64,000 bases of DNA from Ignavibacteriota bacterium (GTDB lineage Bacteria > Bacteroidota > Ignavibacteria > UBA10030 > UBA6906): the NCBI GenBank assembly GCA_963801355.1, contig CAWDEM010000008.1:1664001-1728000 (forward strand), in the 5' to 3' direction. A model generated the notes under the pieces. The model was given only the letters and a program-made list of their open reading frames with translations, made no database searches and was not told where the DNA came from. Numbering within the stretch: position 1 is the first letter of the stretch; every line of letters begins with the position of its first letter. Both the position numbers and the translations under genes were made by a program. Below, one piece after another: positions 1 through 9,445 of the stretch.

Positions 1-167
1 GGAAGAGGGTACTTCTCAAGAAATTCCTGGAGGGCATCGACAGCCCCACCAAGAACGACCGGAACATCTTTCTCCCCGAAGCGCGACAGGGCCCTTTGAA
101 TCCTCTCATTCCTCGCGACACGAAGCATCAAATCGGCCAGAGCCGCGGCCCCCGATCTCTCTTTCAT
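1..167 (-). CDS. 5' part of a hypothetical protein running off the window edge (MKERSGAAALADLMLRVARNERIQRALSRF...)
   Basis: ATG at 167 with a GGAGGAGG Shine-Dalgarno just upstream (about 174-181); frame open to position 1; divergent from the ECF sigma gene; not in the ORF track. Confidence 0.55.
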   Translation of the reverse strand, partial: MKERSGAAALADLMLRVARNERIQRALSRFGEKDVPVVLGGAVDALQEFLEKYPL

Positions 168-301
168 TGGTTCCCTCCTCCGTTTCTGCGCATCTCAAGG
201 CTTCACAATAGGCGAAGATACGCATTGCCAGGAACAACATCAAACTTGCGGTTCGAGTCGACTTTTGGTAGGTTTAGGTGCTGATTTGACTCTTTCACAC
301 A

Positions 302-943
302 ATGTACGGCATCATACTTGTGAGCACCAGGCCGCCAAGAACCCTTCCTGACAGCGAACTTATACGTGTCGCCCGGGAGGGCGATAATACAGCCTTCACC
401 GAGCTTGTAAGGCGGTATGAAGACACCGTGTACCGTTTCTCATATAAGATCTGCCGGGATTCCGACAAAGCGGCTGAGACTCTTCAGGACACGTTTATCA
501 ACGTTTTCAGAAAACTTGGGAGCTTTGACGGGAAATCCAAGTTCACTACCTGGTTGTATGCTATCGTCACCAACAATTGCCTGATGAAGCACCGGAAACG
601 CAAAGGAGAATTGTTGGAAGAATCGCTCGAGGAGTATGATCATGCGGCCGCGCATTTCAAACACGGCCATTCAAAGGAGCTTGCCAGCGTCCAGCAGACG
701 CCGGCAGAGATCGTCATCAGCAAGGAGATGCGTGAGATACTAGACCAGGCCATACTGCGTTTGCCGAAAGACTACCGGGTGGTTTTTGTGATGCGGGATA
801 TTGAGGGGGAATCGAACGAAGACACGGCGCGCGCGCTGGGCCTGTCTGTGGAGGCAACGAAATCGCGTCTCCGCCGCGCTCGCGCGTTCCTTCGGGAACA
901 GCTTGCGCCGTATGTAGAGTCGCCGACGAGGATGGCATCATGA
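302..943 (+). CDS. ECF-family RNA polymerase sigma-70 factor
   Basis: Region 2 (AFTELVRRY...AAETLQDTF...FTTWLYAIVTN) and region 4 (LPKDYRVVFVMRD...TKSRLRRAR); true start may be GTG at 320. Confidence 0.93.
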   Translation: MYGIILVSTRPPRTLPDSELIRVAREGDNTAFTELVRRYEDTVYRFSYKICRDSDKAAETLQDTFINVFRKLGSFDGKSKFTTWLYAIVTNNCLMKHRKRKGELLEESLEEYDHAAAHFKHGHSKELASVQQTPAEIVISKEMREILDQAILRLPKDYRVVFVMRDIEGESNEDTARALGLSVEATKSRLRRARAFLREQLAPYVESPTRMAS

Positions 944-1212
944 AGTGCGATGAAGTGTACCTGCACATCTGTGACAGCCTGGATGAAGACCTGGCATCGC
1001 CACACTGCGTGGCGATAAAGAAGCACCTGGCGAAATGCCCGGATTGCCAGACCTATCTCAGCACATTGAAGTACACCATTGCGCTGTACCGGGCGGTGCC
1101 TGAGCCCCGCCTTCCTGCCAGAGCACACAAAGAGCTCTTCAAAACCATTTCCAGCCTGACGGTCGAAGCGGCAGAGGCCTGCCGCCCGCACAGGAAAGCT
1201 CGAAAAAGGTAG
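940..1212 (+). CDS. Zinc-finger (zf-HC2/ZAS) anti-sigma factor, soluble
   Basis: MKC...HLAKCPDC (HxxxCxxC); ATGA overlap with the sigma stop codon; no transmembrane helix. Confidence 0.88.
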   Translation: MKCDEVYLHICDSLDEDLASPHCVAIKKHLAKCPDCQTYLSTLKYTIALYRAVPEPRLPARAHKELFKTISSLTVEAAEACRPHRKARKR

Positions 1213-1218
1213 CCACGC

Positions 1219-1611
1219 ATGGTTTCGCTTCTTCTCTATCTGGTCGGAGGTATCGCGCTCCTCATTCTCATTGCACAGATCGCCTTCACGGTGGGTGCGC
1301 GCAAGCAGATCGGCCGGGAAGTGGGAAACCTACGGGGCGTTCTGGGAGAGGCGGTGCGGACCGGCGTCACGATCGTCGCCTATTTCTATTCGCCGACCTG
1401 CAAGATCTGCCGTACTCAAACGCCGATCATAGACAGACTGGCCGCCGAATACGACAACATCTTCAGTATCGATGTCACCGAAGAATTCGAAATGGCACGG
1501 GCGCTCGGGATTCACACGACGCCGACAATTGTCATATTCGAAGGGGGTGAAATCCGCGACCTCCTGGTGGGCCCCAGGAGCGAAGAAATGCTGCGCGAGG
1601 CGTTGTTTTAG
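1219..1611 (+). CDS. Membrane-anchored thioredoxin-family protein
   Basis: N-terminal hydrophobic helix, YFYSPTCKIC (CxxC), TTPT cis-proline loop. Confidence 0.85.
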   Translation: MVSLLLYLVGGIALLILIAQIAFTVGARKQIGREVGNLRGVLGEAVRTGVTIVAYFYSPTCKICRTQTPIIDRLAAEYDNIFSIDVTEEFEMARALGIHTTPTIVIFEGGEIRDLLVGPRSEEMLREALF

Positions 1612-1614
1612 GTT

Positions 1615-3129
1615 TCAGAGTTGCTTTGCCAATTTGCTTTTCCTCCAGCCGTACGCAAAATATACCCCCAATCCCAGCGCCAGCCAGATCCCGAACCGCA
1701 CCCAGGTTATCCACGGGAGCCCTGCCATCAGGTAAAGACAACTCGCTATGCCAAGAATGGGAACGACGGGCACCCAGGGAGTCCGGAAGGCACGCGCACG
1801 ATCGGGATCTTTGTACCGGAGCACAATGACTCCCACGCAGACCAGCACAAAGGCAAACAGAGTGCCGATATTCGTGAGTTCGACGATCTCGTTGATGTTG
1901 GCGACTGCCGAAACGCAGGCCACGGCAACACCGGTCCACAGAGTAGTCACATGCGGAGTCCGGTATTTGGGATGCACCTTCGCAAAGTACTCGGGAAGAA
2001 GTCCATCGCGCGACATCGAGAAAAATATCCTGGGCTGACCGTACTGGAACACCAGCAGCACGGCACTCATGGACACAACCGCTCCGACGGCAACAATGCC
2101 AGCGGAGACATCGGCGTGAACATACGCAAACGCTGCCGCCAGCGGATCCGCAACGCCCAGCTGATTCCAGGGGACCATGCCCGTCAGGACCATGGCCACC
2201 GCGATATAGATAACCGTGCAGATGACCAGGGAACCGATGATACCGATGGGGAGGTCACGCGAGGGCCGCTTGCATTCCTCCGCAGCCGTGGATATGGCAT
2301 CGAAGCCGATGTACGCGAAGAAGATCAGGCTTGCACCCACCCAGACACCGGAGAATCCGTTCGGCATGAACGGTGACCAGTTCTCGGGTTTGACGTACTG
2401 GGCACCCGCATAGACAAAGAAACCGAGAATGAGGAGTTTGATGCCGACCATCACATTGTTGACGCGCGCGGATTCTTTGACACCCACGATGAGCAGCCAC
2501 GTGATGACGGCAACGATCCCGACCGCCAGGAAATTGAAGATAATGGGAATTCCTGCTATTACGGGCCGGGTGACCCAGGCTTCGTGGGCAAGGAGAACAG
2601 CGGGGTCCACACTCTTCCCTGCCTGGGCGACCATATCAGCCGCTTGGGCGGCGGAGCGGAAGTCGACGGCAAGCCAGGCGGGAATGTGCCATCCCAGGCC
2701 GGCGCAGAGCTGGTGAAAATAGGCTGCCCACGCGATCGCCACCGCCACATTCCCCACGGCATACTCAATAATGAGATCCCAGCCGATGATCCACGCCACG
2801 ATCTCGCCGAGGGTGGCATAGGAGTAGGTGTACGCACTTCCGGAGATCGGAACAAGCGAGGCGAATTCTGCATAGCACAATCCGCAGAATGCACACGCCA
2901 CCGCCGTAAAAATAAACGAGACGACGATCGCCGGCCCGGCCCCCGGACGCATGAGGTCGCCGGCCACCGCCGTGCCGATCGTCGCAAAAATGCCGGCACC
3001 GATGATCGCCCCGATACCAAGCATGACAACATCGAATGCCCCGAGGACCCGTTTCAACTGGTGCTGTGCCCCGGCGGCATCTGCAAGAATGCGGTCCAGG
3101 CTTTTCGTCCGGAACAGTCGTTGTAGCAT
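1615..3129 (-). CDS. APC-family amino acid permease
   Basis: GIGAIIGAGIF, CYAEFASLVPISGSAYTY, FAYIGFDAISTAAEE; start moved to MLQRLF (ORF track begins at 3195). Confidence 0.93.
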   Translation of the reverse strand: MLQRLFRTKSLDRILADAAGAQHQLKRVLGAFDVVMLGIGAIIGAGIFATIGTAVAGDLMRPGAGPAIVVSFIFTAVACAFCGLCYAEFASLVPISGSAYTYSYATLGEIVAWIIGWDLIIEYAVGNVAVAIAWAAYFHQLCAGLGWHIPAWLAVDFRSAAQAADMVAQAGKSVDPAVLLAHEAWVTRPVIAGIPIIFNFLAVGIVAVITWLLIVGVKESARVNNVMVGIKLLILGFFVYAGAQYVKPENWSPFMPNGFSGVWVGASLIFFAYIGFDAISTAAEECKRPSRDLPIGIIGSLVICTVIYIAVAMVLTGMVPWNQLGVADPLAAAFAYVHADVSAGIVAVGAVVSMSAVLLVFQYGQPRIFFSMSRDGLLPEYFAKVHPKYRTPHVTTLWTGVAVACVSAVANINEIVELTNIGTLFAFVLVCVGVIVLRYKDPDRARAFRTPWVPVVPILGIASCLYLMAGLPWITWVRFGIWLALGLGVYFAYGWRKSKLAKQL

Positions 3130-3199
3130 CAGAACGTTTCCAGTGAATTGATGGACAACCGGGAAGTCGTGCTTGTTGCCAGGTCCTTGCCGCACCCGC

Positions 3200-4240
3200 T
3201 CAGGAAAACCGGTACTTGCGGTATGTGCTGATGCCTTCTTTGAGCACGACCTTGAAGAAGCCCGTCACCGGGACTGCAAGCAGCATCCCGAGTATCCCGA
3301 AGAGCCCGCCGCCGACCATGATAGCAATCAGCACAAGCACGGGATGCAGCTCGACAGATGTCGCCAGAACGAGCGGTTGGACGACAAAGTCGTCTATGAG
3401 CTTCAGGATGACGAATGCGATGACCACGGTGAGCGCGCTTCCCAGATTGCCACTGCCGAGAACCGCAACAATGGCAGCAGGGATCATGCCGGCAATCGGG
3501 CCGACGTAGGGAATCAGGTTCGCCAGGCCGGCGAATACACCGAGGAACACAAAGTAATTCACACCGAGGATCCAGAGGGCAATGATGGAGAGGATGCCGA
3601 ACGTGAGGGCATCCACAAACTGGCCGCGCAGGTAGTTTCCCAACTGGACGTCCATTTTGTACAGAAGGTCCAGCACGAATTCGAAGTAACGGTTCGGCAC
3701 CATGCTCACAATGTTCTTCTTCATATCACGTCCGTCCTTCAGGAAGAAGAACATCATAAAGGGGATGGTCACGACGGAGATGACGATACCAAGCGCATCG
3801 TTCACCACAAACTCAAACACGGCTTCGCCAAGCGTGCGCCTGAATTCATGGATTCTCGCACCCAGATCAAAATCATCCAGCCCCAGGAATGACAACCGTT
3901 CTCGTACAGCCTGCTGGATTGTTTCGATGGCGGACGCCGCAGCCTGGGTCGTTGGGCCCGATTGGAGGGCCCGGACCTGCTCGGCAAACACGGGAATGAA
4001 CAGGACTGCAGTAGCACCAATGATCACCCCGAGGCCCAGCATGACCAGCAGAGTGGCGGCCCAGCGTGGCGCACCGCGTGCCTCAACCGCCGTGACAATG
4101 GGATCCAGGATATAGGCCAGCAGGAGAGCGATGATGACCACCTGCGCGGCATGACCCACGAAGAGCAAAACAATTGCCGCGACCGCGGCGATCAGCAGCG
4201 GTGCCAGTTCCCAGAAAGGACGCGTTTTGGGGAAGGTCAT
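3200..4240 (-). CDS. AI-2E family transporter
   Basis: LAYILDP, FFLKDG, YLRGQ, NLIPYVGP, LHPV...GILGMLLAVP. Confidence 0.92.
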   Translation of the reverse strand: MTFPKTRPFWELAPLLIAAVAAIVLLFVGHAAQVVIIALLLAYILDPIVTAVEARGAPRWAATLLVMLGLGVIIGATAVLFIPVFAEQVRALQSGPTTQAAASAIETIQQAVRERLSFLGLDDFDLGARIHEFRRTLGEAVFEFVVNDALGIVISVVTIPFMMFFFLKDGRDMKKNIVSMVPNRYFEFVLDLLYKMDVQLGNYLRGQFVDALTFGILSIIALWILGVNYFVFLGVFAGLANLIPYVGPIAGMIPAAIVAVLGSGNLGSALTVVIAFVILKLIDDFVVQPLVLATSVELHPVLVLIAIMVGGGLFGILGMLLAVPVTGFFKVVLKEGISTYRKYRFS

Positions 4241-4776
4241 TGCCGGTCTGCTTTTTGTTCTGCGCTGCGCACGCGCCGAAGCTCTTCGCTCAGGGTCTGC
4301 ATCTGCTGGTTCGCTTTCCGCAACCGGTCACCGATGATCTTTGCCACGCGCACGACCAGCTTGACGCCGAACCGGGGATCACGCTCGATGAGCGAAAACA
4401 AATCGGATTGGAAGAAACCCAGGATCACGCAGTGGGTCCGCGCGATGACAGTCGCGGAACGGGGGGTCTCGTCAAGAAGCGATACTTCACCGAAAAAATC
4501 GCCGTCGACAAGCTCCGACAGATGGATATTGCCCGGTTCCGACATCACGGCAGCTCTCCCCTGTTGCATGATGTACATCCCGAGGCCGGGCTCGTCCTGG
4601 CGGATGATCACTTCATCGGGAACGTATTCCCGCCGGTGGAGGACGCGGGCAACCGCTGCAAACTCGCGTTTGGAGAGACCTTGGAAAATCGGAATCTTTT
4701 CAAGCACGGTCAGCAAGTCTTCGGCTTCCCCGGTCTTGCGGCGATAGCCGAAGACACGTGCACGGATGTCGGTCAT
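4237..4776 (-). CDS. Cyclic nucleotide-binding domain protein
   Basis: IPIFQGL...GDFFGEVSLLDETPRSATV; start at MTDIR after GGAG; stop codon overlaps the AI-2E start. Confidence 0.88.
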   Translation of the reverse strand: MTDIRARVFGYRRKTGEAEDLLTVLEKIPIFQGLSKREFAAVARVLHRREYVPDEVIIRQDEPGLGMYIMQQGRAAVMSEPGNIHLSELVDGDFFGEVSLLDETPRSATVIARTHCVILGFFQSDLFSLIERDPRFGVKLVVRVAKIIGDRLRKANQQMQTLSEELRRVRSAEQKADRQ

Positions 4777-4834
4777 GCGCACTCCACAGGTGGTAATTCC
4801 AGTGGGCGTAATATACTTGTTTCGAAGTGAAAAA

Positions 4835-7231
4835 TCACGCCACCGATCGTGCCGCCAATGCACTCGCGCCGTGACGCTCAACTATCCTGCGCAGCTCTTC
4901 GATGCGAATCGGCTTGCTGATGTAGTCATCCATTCCGGACTGGAGGCACCGCTCCCGATCTCCATACATCGCATTTGCGGTCATCGCAATTATTCGCGGC
5001 CGGGCATCGGGAAGCGCACCGCTGACAATCCTCCGGGTGGCCTCAAAACCGTCCATTACGGGCATCTGCACATCCATGAGGATCAGATCGTACGGCCGTT
5101 GTGCGAGGGCATCGAGGACCTCCTGGCCGTCCGCCACACAGTCGGCACGGTAACCCATCTTTCTGAGAATGGCAAGCGCCAGCGCCTGATTGACCGGGTT
5201 GTCTTCGGCGACAAGAATACGCAACGGTATACGGCTCGCCAATGACTTGTCCAGTACCGTGTCGTGGGAATTCCGCGGCGGGTGCATTACGCGCAAACCC
5301 AGGATTGCCCCCATAACCTTTTCGAGAGCCCCGCGTTTGATAGGTTTGTGCAGATGTCCATCAAAGAACGCCGAGACCTCATCCACGCGCGAGGTGAGCG
5401 ACGAGGGCGGCGCCAGCAACAGTTGAGGCAGCCTATCACAAGATGGGATCGCCTTGGCTTGCCGTGCGAATTCCACTCCGTCCATTTCCGGCATGAGAAG
5501 ATCCACGAGCACCAGATCGAACTTCTCTGTGCCCCGGAGGGCGTCCAGGGCCGTCCGCGCACTCGTCGTCACGCGTGGTATCATGCCGAGCTGCTCGCAC
5601 AGAGCGCCAAGAGCCCGGGACTGCGTGGCATTATCATCCACGATCAGAACTCTGGATCCCCGGCGCTTGTCCGGCCCGCCGGCGTGCGATGGCAACCGCA
5701 TGGTCTCGACACCTACACGCAACGAAATGGTGAATGTCGAACCCCTCTGGTCTTCGCTCTCAACTTCAATCGTCCCGCCCATCAACTCGACCAGCCGCTT
5801 CGAGATCGCCAGCCCCAGCCCTGTACCCCCGAACTTTCTCGTGATGGAGAGATCACCCTGGCTGAACGGTTGAAACAACCTCCCGAGACTCTCCTGGGAA
5901 ATGCCGATGCCGGTATCGCGCACGTGTATCTGTAGATCCACAAGCTCTCCGGACAGGGGCCGGGCGGATGCAGTGACACAGATCTCCCCGGTGTGAGTGA
6001 ACTTCACAGCATTGCCGATCACGTTGACGAGCACCTGACGCAACCGTGTGACGTCTCCGACAAGTATGTCCGGAACAGAGGGGTCGATCATTCCGATCAG
6101 TTCGACACTCTTCTCGGCCGCCCGGGAAGCAAACAATTCCAACGACTCCTCAACGCACGATGTCAATGAGAAGGGCTGCTGCTCCAGTTCAATGCGGCCG
6201 GATTCGATTTTTGAAAAGTCCAGGATGTCATTCAGGATTGCGAGAAGTGCTTCTCCGCTGCGGCGGACCGTCTCGGCAAATTCCCGCTGCTCGGGCGTCA
6301 GAGGAGTCTCCAGGAGAAGACTGGTCATCCCGATGACACCGTTCATGGGTGTCCTGATTTCGTGGCTCATGACGGCAAGAAAACTGGCTTTTGCGCGGCT
6401 CGCTTCTTCGGCAGCTTCCTTGGCAATGCGCAGCTGTTCCGCGTGCCGGCGAAGCTCTTCTTCAGCACGGTGTTTTTCTGAGAAGTCACGGAAAATGCCG
6501 AATGTGCCGGTCAGCTCACCCTTCCCGTCAAATTGAGGAGTTGCCGTGATCAGAATCATCCGCGTCTGACCGTCCGGACGGCAGATCTCGATCGGATAAC
6601 TCCCCTTGACCCCCTTCCGCCTCACCTCGGTTTGTGTCTTCACTTTCGCAAATGTCTCGGGAGTAGTGAAATCGCTGAGCGACCGACCGACAAGTTCGCC
6701 TGGGCCGACACCGAAGATCGATTCTGCAGTGGGATTGGCGAACGTAAAACGCTCTCCGAGGTCGGCAAACACAATCCCTTCCCCGGTATTTTCTATCAGC
6801 ATGCGATAAAGCTGTTCACTGTCCCTGAGCTTCCTGTCCATCTTGTGCCGGTAGATCGCCATCTCTACCGTGGCAACAAGTTCCCGTTCGTCAAACGGCT
6901 TGAGAACATATCCAAACGGGCCTATCTCTGTGGCCCTGCGGAGAGTTTCCTTGTCCGAATAGGACGTCACGAAGACCACCGGAATGTCGGCTTCGGCACG
7001 AATCTGCGCGGCCGAGGTAATGCCGTCGAATTCGCCGTCCATCCCGATGTCCATGAGTACAAGGTCGGGCTTCTGCTCCAGGGAAACACGCACCGCGTCC
7101 ACACCCCGGCCTACATTCCCCACGACCCGGTATCCGAGCGCCTGCATGCGCCGGGCAAGATCCGCGGCGACGATGCGCTCGTCATCGGCAATCACAATCC
7201 GCAACTCTTCTTTTGCAGTTTCTGTGCCCAT
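4835..7231 (-). CDS. Hybrid sensor histidine kinase (REC-PAS-HisKA-HATPase-REC-REC)
   Basis: ADDE/DLVLMD receiver, PAS, MSHEIRTPMNG H-box, GNAVKF, DTGIG, GGTGLGL, two C-terminal receivers; start is 7231 or 7258. Confidence 0.93.
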   Translation of the reverse strand: MGTETAKEELRIVIADDERIVAADLARRMQALGYRVVGNVGRGVDAVRVSLEQKPDLVLMDIGMDGEFDGITSAAQIRAEADIPVVFVTSYSDKETLRRATEIGPFGYVLKPFDERELVATVEMAIYRHKMDRKLRDSEQLYRMLIENTGEGIVFADLGERFTFANPTAESIFGVGPGELVGRSLSDFTTPETFAKVKTQTEVRRKGVKGSYPIEICRPDGQTRMILITATPQFDGKGELTGTFGIFRDFSEKHRAEEELRRHAEQLRIAKEAAEEASRAKASFLAVMSHEIRTPMNGVIGMTSLLLETPLTPEQREFAETVRRSGEALLAILNDILDFSKIESGRIELEQQPFSLTSCVEESLELFASRAAEKSVELIGMIDPSVPDILVGDVTRLRQVLVNVIGNAVKFTHTGEICVTASARPLSGELVDLQIHVRDTGIGISQESLGRLFQPFSQGDLSITRKFGGTGLGLAISKRLVELMGGTIEVESEDQRGSTFTISLRVGVETMRLPSHAGGPDKRRGSRVLIVDDNATQSRALGALCEQLGMIPRVTTSARTALDALRGTEKFDLVLVDLLMPEMDGVEFARQAKAIPSCDRLPQLLLAPPSSLTSRVDEVSAFFDGHLHKPIKRGALEKVMGAILGLRVMHPPRNSHDTVLDKSLASRIPLRILVAEDNPVNQALALAILRKMGYRADCVADGQEVLDALAQRPYDLILMDVQMPVMDGFEATRRIVSGALPDARPRIIAMTANAMYGDRERCLQSGMDDYISKPIRIEELRRIVERHGASALAARSVA

Positions 7232-7348
7232 ACATCGCACACGGGTTACAAGAGCCATACCAAGTCCTGAAATGGCCCGCAGAGATGAGAAAGCGCAAAA
7301 ACGTGCTCCAGGTGAGGAAAACGGGCCCGGGAAAGCGTTGAGAGAGGG

Positions 7349-8281
7349 TTAGCGGAGGGAAGATTGAAGAATTTTTACGAATTCCGAGCGCACTGCGGGA
7401 TCCCCGCAGTGAACCACTCCGGCAAGATACCTGCCGACACAGAGGAGGGCCATTTCGCCCTGATGTACGTCGCGAATCGTGCGGAGGCTGTCGACAGAAA
7501 CCGGACTATGATTTACTTCGGTAAGGGCGGCAAGCATCGCGCGAGCACCTGACTCAGAATCAGCCGGGATGACAAAGACCTCAAAGAGGCCCCCTTCGCG
7601 ATACTGAGCGACATATGCCCCTCTGAGGAACGAATACCCGAGGAAGCTCTCCGCAACGTATTGCTCCGAATTCGGCACGCGGTTTCTTGACGGCAGTAAC
7701 CCTAGCACGCCCGGCCAGGAGGTCGGCCCCCTTAGAGCACCCGCCACTGCGCGCGCCACTTTGAGCAACGACTGCTGAACCGTATCACCAACATCATTCG
7801 ATGATAGCTTCACATAATACTCTCCCGCAAGGAAATTGACGATCCCCTCTTCTGCATATCCCTGCGTCCCGATATCCAGAAAATGGTTTTCGGGCGACCG
7901 TTCCTGCGAATACATGCCGAAGGCATCCTCCGGAGTCTTGTGTCTATAGACCTCCGCCCGGATTTCAGCGCTGCCGGCACAGCGGTAGTACGCGATGTGG
8001 AGATCCATAAACCGGTAAATCACAAATACCTCGGCCGCCCCATCGATGAATTCCCAGAGATTGGAGGCATCATACACCATCGCCTCAGTCGTGAGCACGA
8101 ATCCTGGAATTTCCGGAAAGACAACCGGCACGCCTCCGGCGGCGGCACACGGTCGGCCGGCGGCGTGGGGGGCAAGACCCAGGAGTGCAATGAGCAAAGA
8201 TGCGGTGATCAACCTAAGCAAGGAATTCCTCCGGAATGGATCCCACCCGCTGGACATCGGCGATTCGTTCGGCAACATCAA
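7349..8281 (-). CDS. Exported hypothetical protein (DUF6599-like)
   Basis: Signal peptide; YDASNLWEFIDGAAEVF and AFGMYSQER motifs recalled from that family; start uncertain because it overlaps the upstream gene. Confidence 0.6.
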   Translation of the reverse strand: MMLPNESPMSSGWDPFRRNSLLRLITASLLIALLGLAPHAAGRPCAAAGGVPVVFPEIPGFVLTTEAMVYDASNLWEFIDGAAEVFVIYRFMDLHIAYYRCAGSAEIRAEVYRHKTPEDAFGMYSQERSPENHFLDIGTQGYAEEGIVNFLAGEYYVKLSSNDVGDTVQQSLLKVARAVAGALRGPTSWPGVLGLLPSRNRVPNSEQYVAESFLGYSFLRGAYVAQYREGGLFEVFVIPADSESGARAMLAALTEVNHSPVSVDSLRTIRDVHQGEMALLCVGRYLAGVVHCGDPAVRSEFVKILQSSLR

Positions 8282-9401
8282 AGCCCTTCACACAGGACGC
8301 CGTGCACGAACCGCAGGACCCGCATTGTGTTGCCGCTCGCGGAAGGGTGTTGAGCAGCTCCCGCGCCATGGCAAGATCCCGATACCCGTACGTGTACATG
8401 TAGGCGCGCATGAACCCCGGGATTGGAAGGCGGCGCGGGCACCCCTCAACGCACGTGCCGCAATTGTCGCAGTAGAGTCCGCCTTCTGACGGCCCGTACG
8501 CTATCGAGGCCCTCTCTGCTTCGGTGAGCACAAGATCCTGATTGACCCGCGCGTTCGCCTCAAGCATTTCGTACGAAGTGATGCCGGGAATTGCCGTTGT
8601 CACGTATGGATTCTGCAGCGCCCATTTCAGGGCGGCGACGCAGTTGATGGGTCGTTCCCGGGATTTGTCGTAGAAGGCCCCTGCCATGGTTTTCATTGCG
8701 ACAACGCCGATGCCGGCTTTGCCCGCCCGCTCAATGGCTTTCTGAACAGCGTCCCGATGACCCTGGCGGAAATTGATTGAGGTAAGCACAACATCGATTA
8801 CACCGCTCTCCACGGCGGCGTCAAGCACCTCGGGTTCGTTCTCGTGGGTCGACACACCGATGCATCGGGTCCGCCCCGAACTTTTGGCAGTCTGCAGTGC
8901 TTCAAGCATCGTTGGGTTCAGCACCTCTTCCCGCGACGAAACGCCGTGGAGGTACAGGATATCCACAGAGACGAGCTGCAGCCTGTGGAGGCTGAGATCC
9001 ACCTTCCAGAGCCAGCGCCCGACAGTGCCCTTGCCTTCTCCCCCCTCAGCCGGGACCTTCGTGGCGATGACGAACGCGTCACGACTGTATTCTTTCAGCA
9101 CGTTGCCGAGCATCTCTTCGTTGCGGCCTCTCATGTAGCCGTGGGCGGTATCCAGGTGCACCATGCCCGCGGCCAGGGCCGAACGGACGAGGCCCGGGCT
9201 ATCGGAGCGCATGACCCCCATGCTCACCACCGGCAGCTCAATTCCGGTGGCGCCAAGTTTTCTCTTGATGAGCGGCTTCGCCACCGCCTGAGTATCTTCT
9301 CTGCTCGGAGTAGCCCTGGCGGGCAACCCGGCTGATAGCAGCGCACCGGAAGCGCCGATGACGGATGACCTGAGAAACGCACGGCGGGAAGTCGTATTCA
9401 T
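8214..9401 (-). CDS. Tat-exported aldo/keto reductase with C-terminal Fe-S ferredoxin-like motifs
   Basis: SRRAFL twin-arginine signal; LDTAHGY, IATK, DILYLH, GVSTH, VAMK; CDNCGTC..CP and CGSCGSC...C. Confidence 0.88.
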   Translation of the reverse strand: MNTTSRRAFLRSSVIGASGALLSAGLPARATPSREDTQAVAKPLIKRKLGATGIELPVVSMGVMRSDSPGLVRSALAAGMVHLDTAHGYMRGRNEEMLGNVLKEYSRDAFVIATKVPAEGGEGKGTVGRWLWKVDLSLHRLQLVSVDILYLHGVSSREEVLNPTMLEALQTAKSSGRTRCIGVSTHENEPEVLDAAVESGVIDVVLTSINFRQGHRDAVQKAIERAGKAGIGVVAMKTMAGAFYDKSRERPINCVAALKWALQNPYVTTAIPGITSYEMLEANARVNQDLVLTEAERASIAYGPSEGGLYCDNCGTCVEGCPRRLPIPGFMRAYMYTYGYRDLAMARELLNTLPRAATQCGSCGSCTASCVKGFDVAERIADVQRVGSIPEEFLA

Positions 9402-9445
9402 GGGACAATCTCACAAGGTGAAGGGTGATGAACACATCGTTGGTT

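Noticed and set aside
231-253. GGAAC...GTT as an autoregulatory ECF promoter
   Set aside because: The 15-bp spacer is shorter than expected for SigR-type promoters, and there is no other support.
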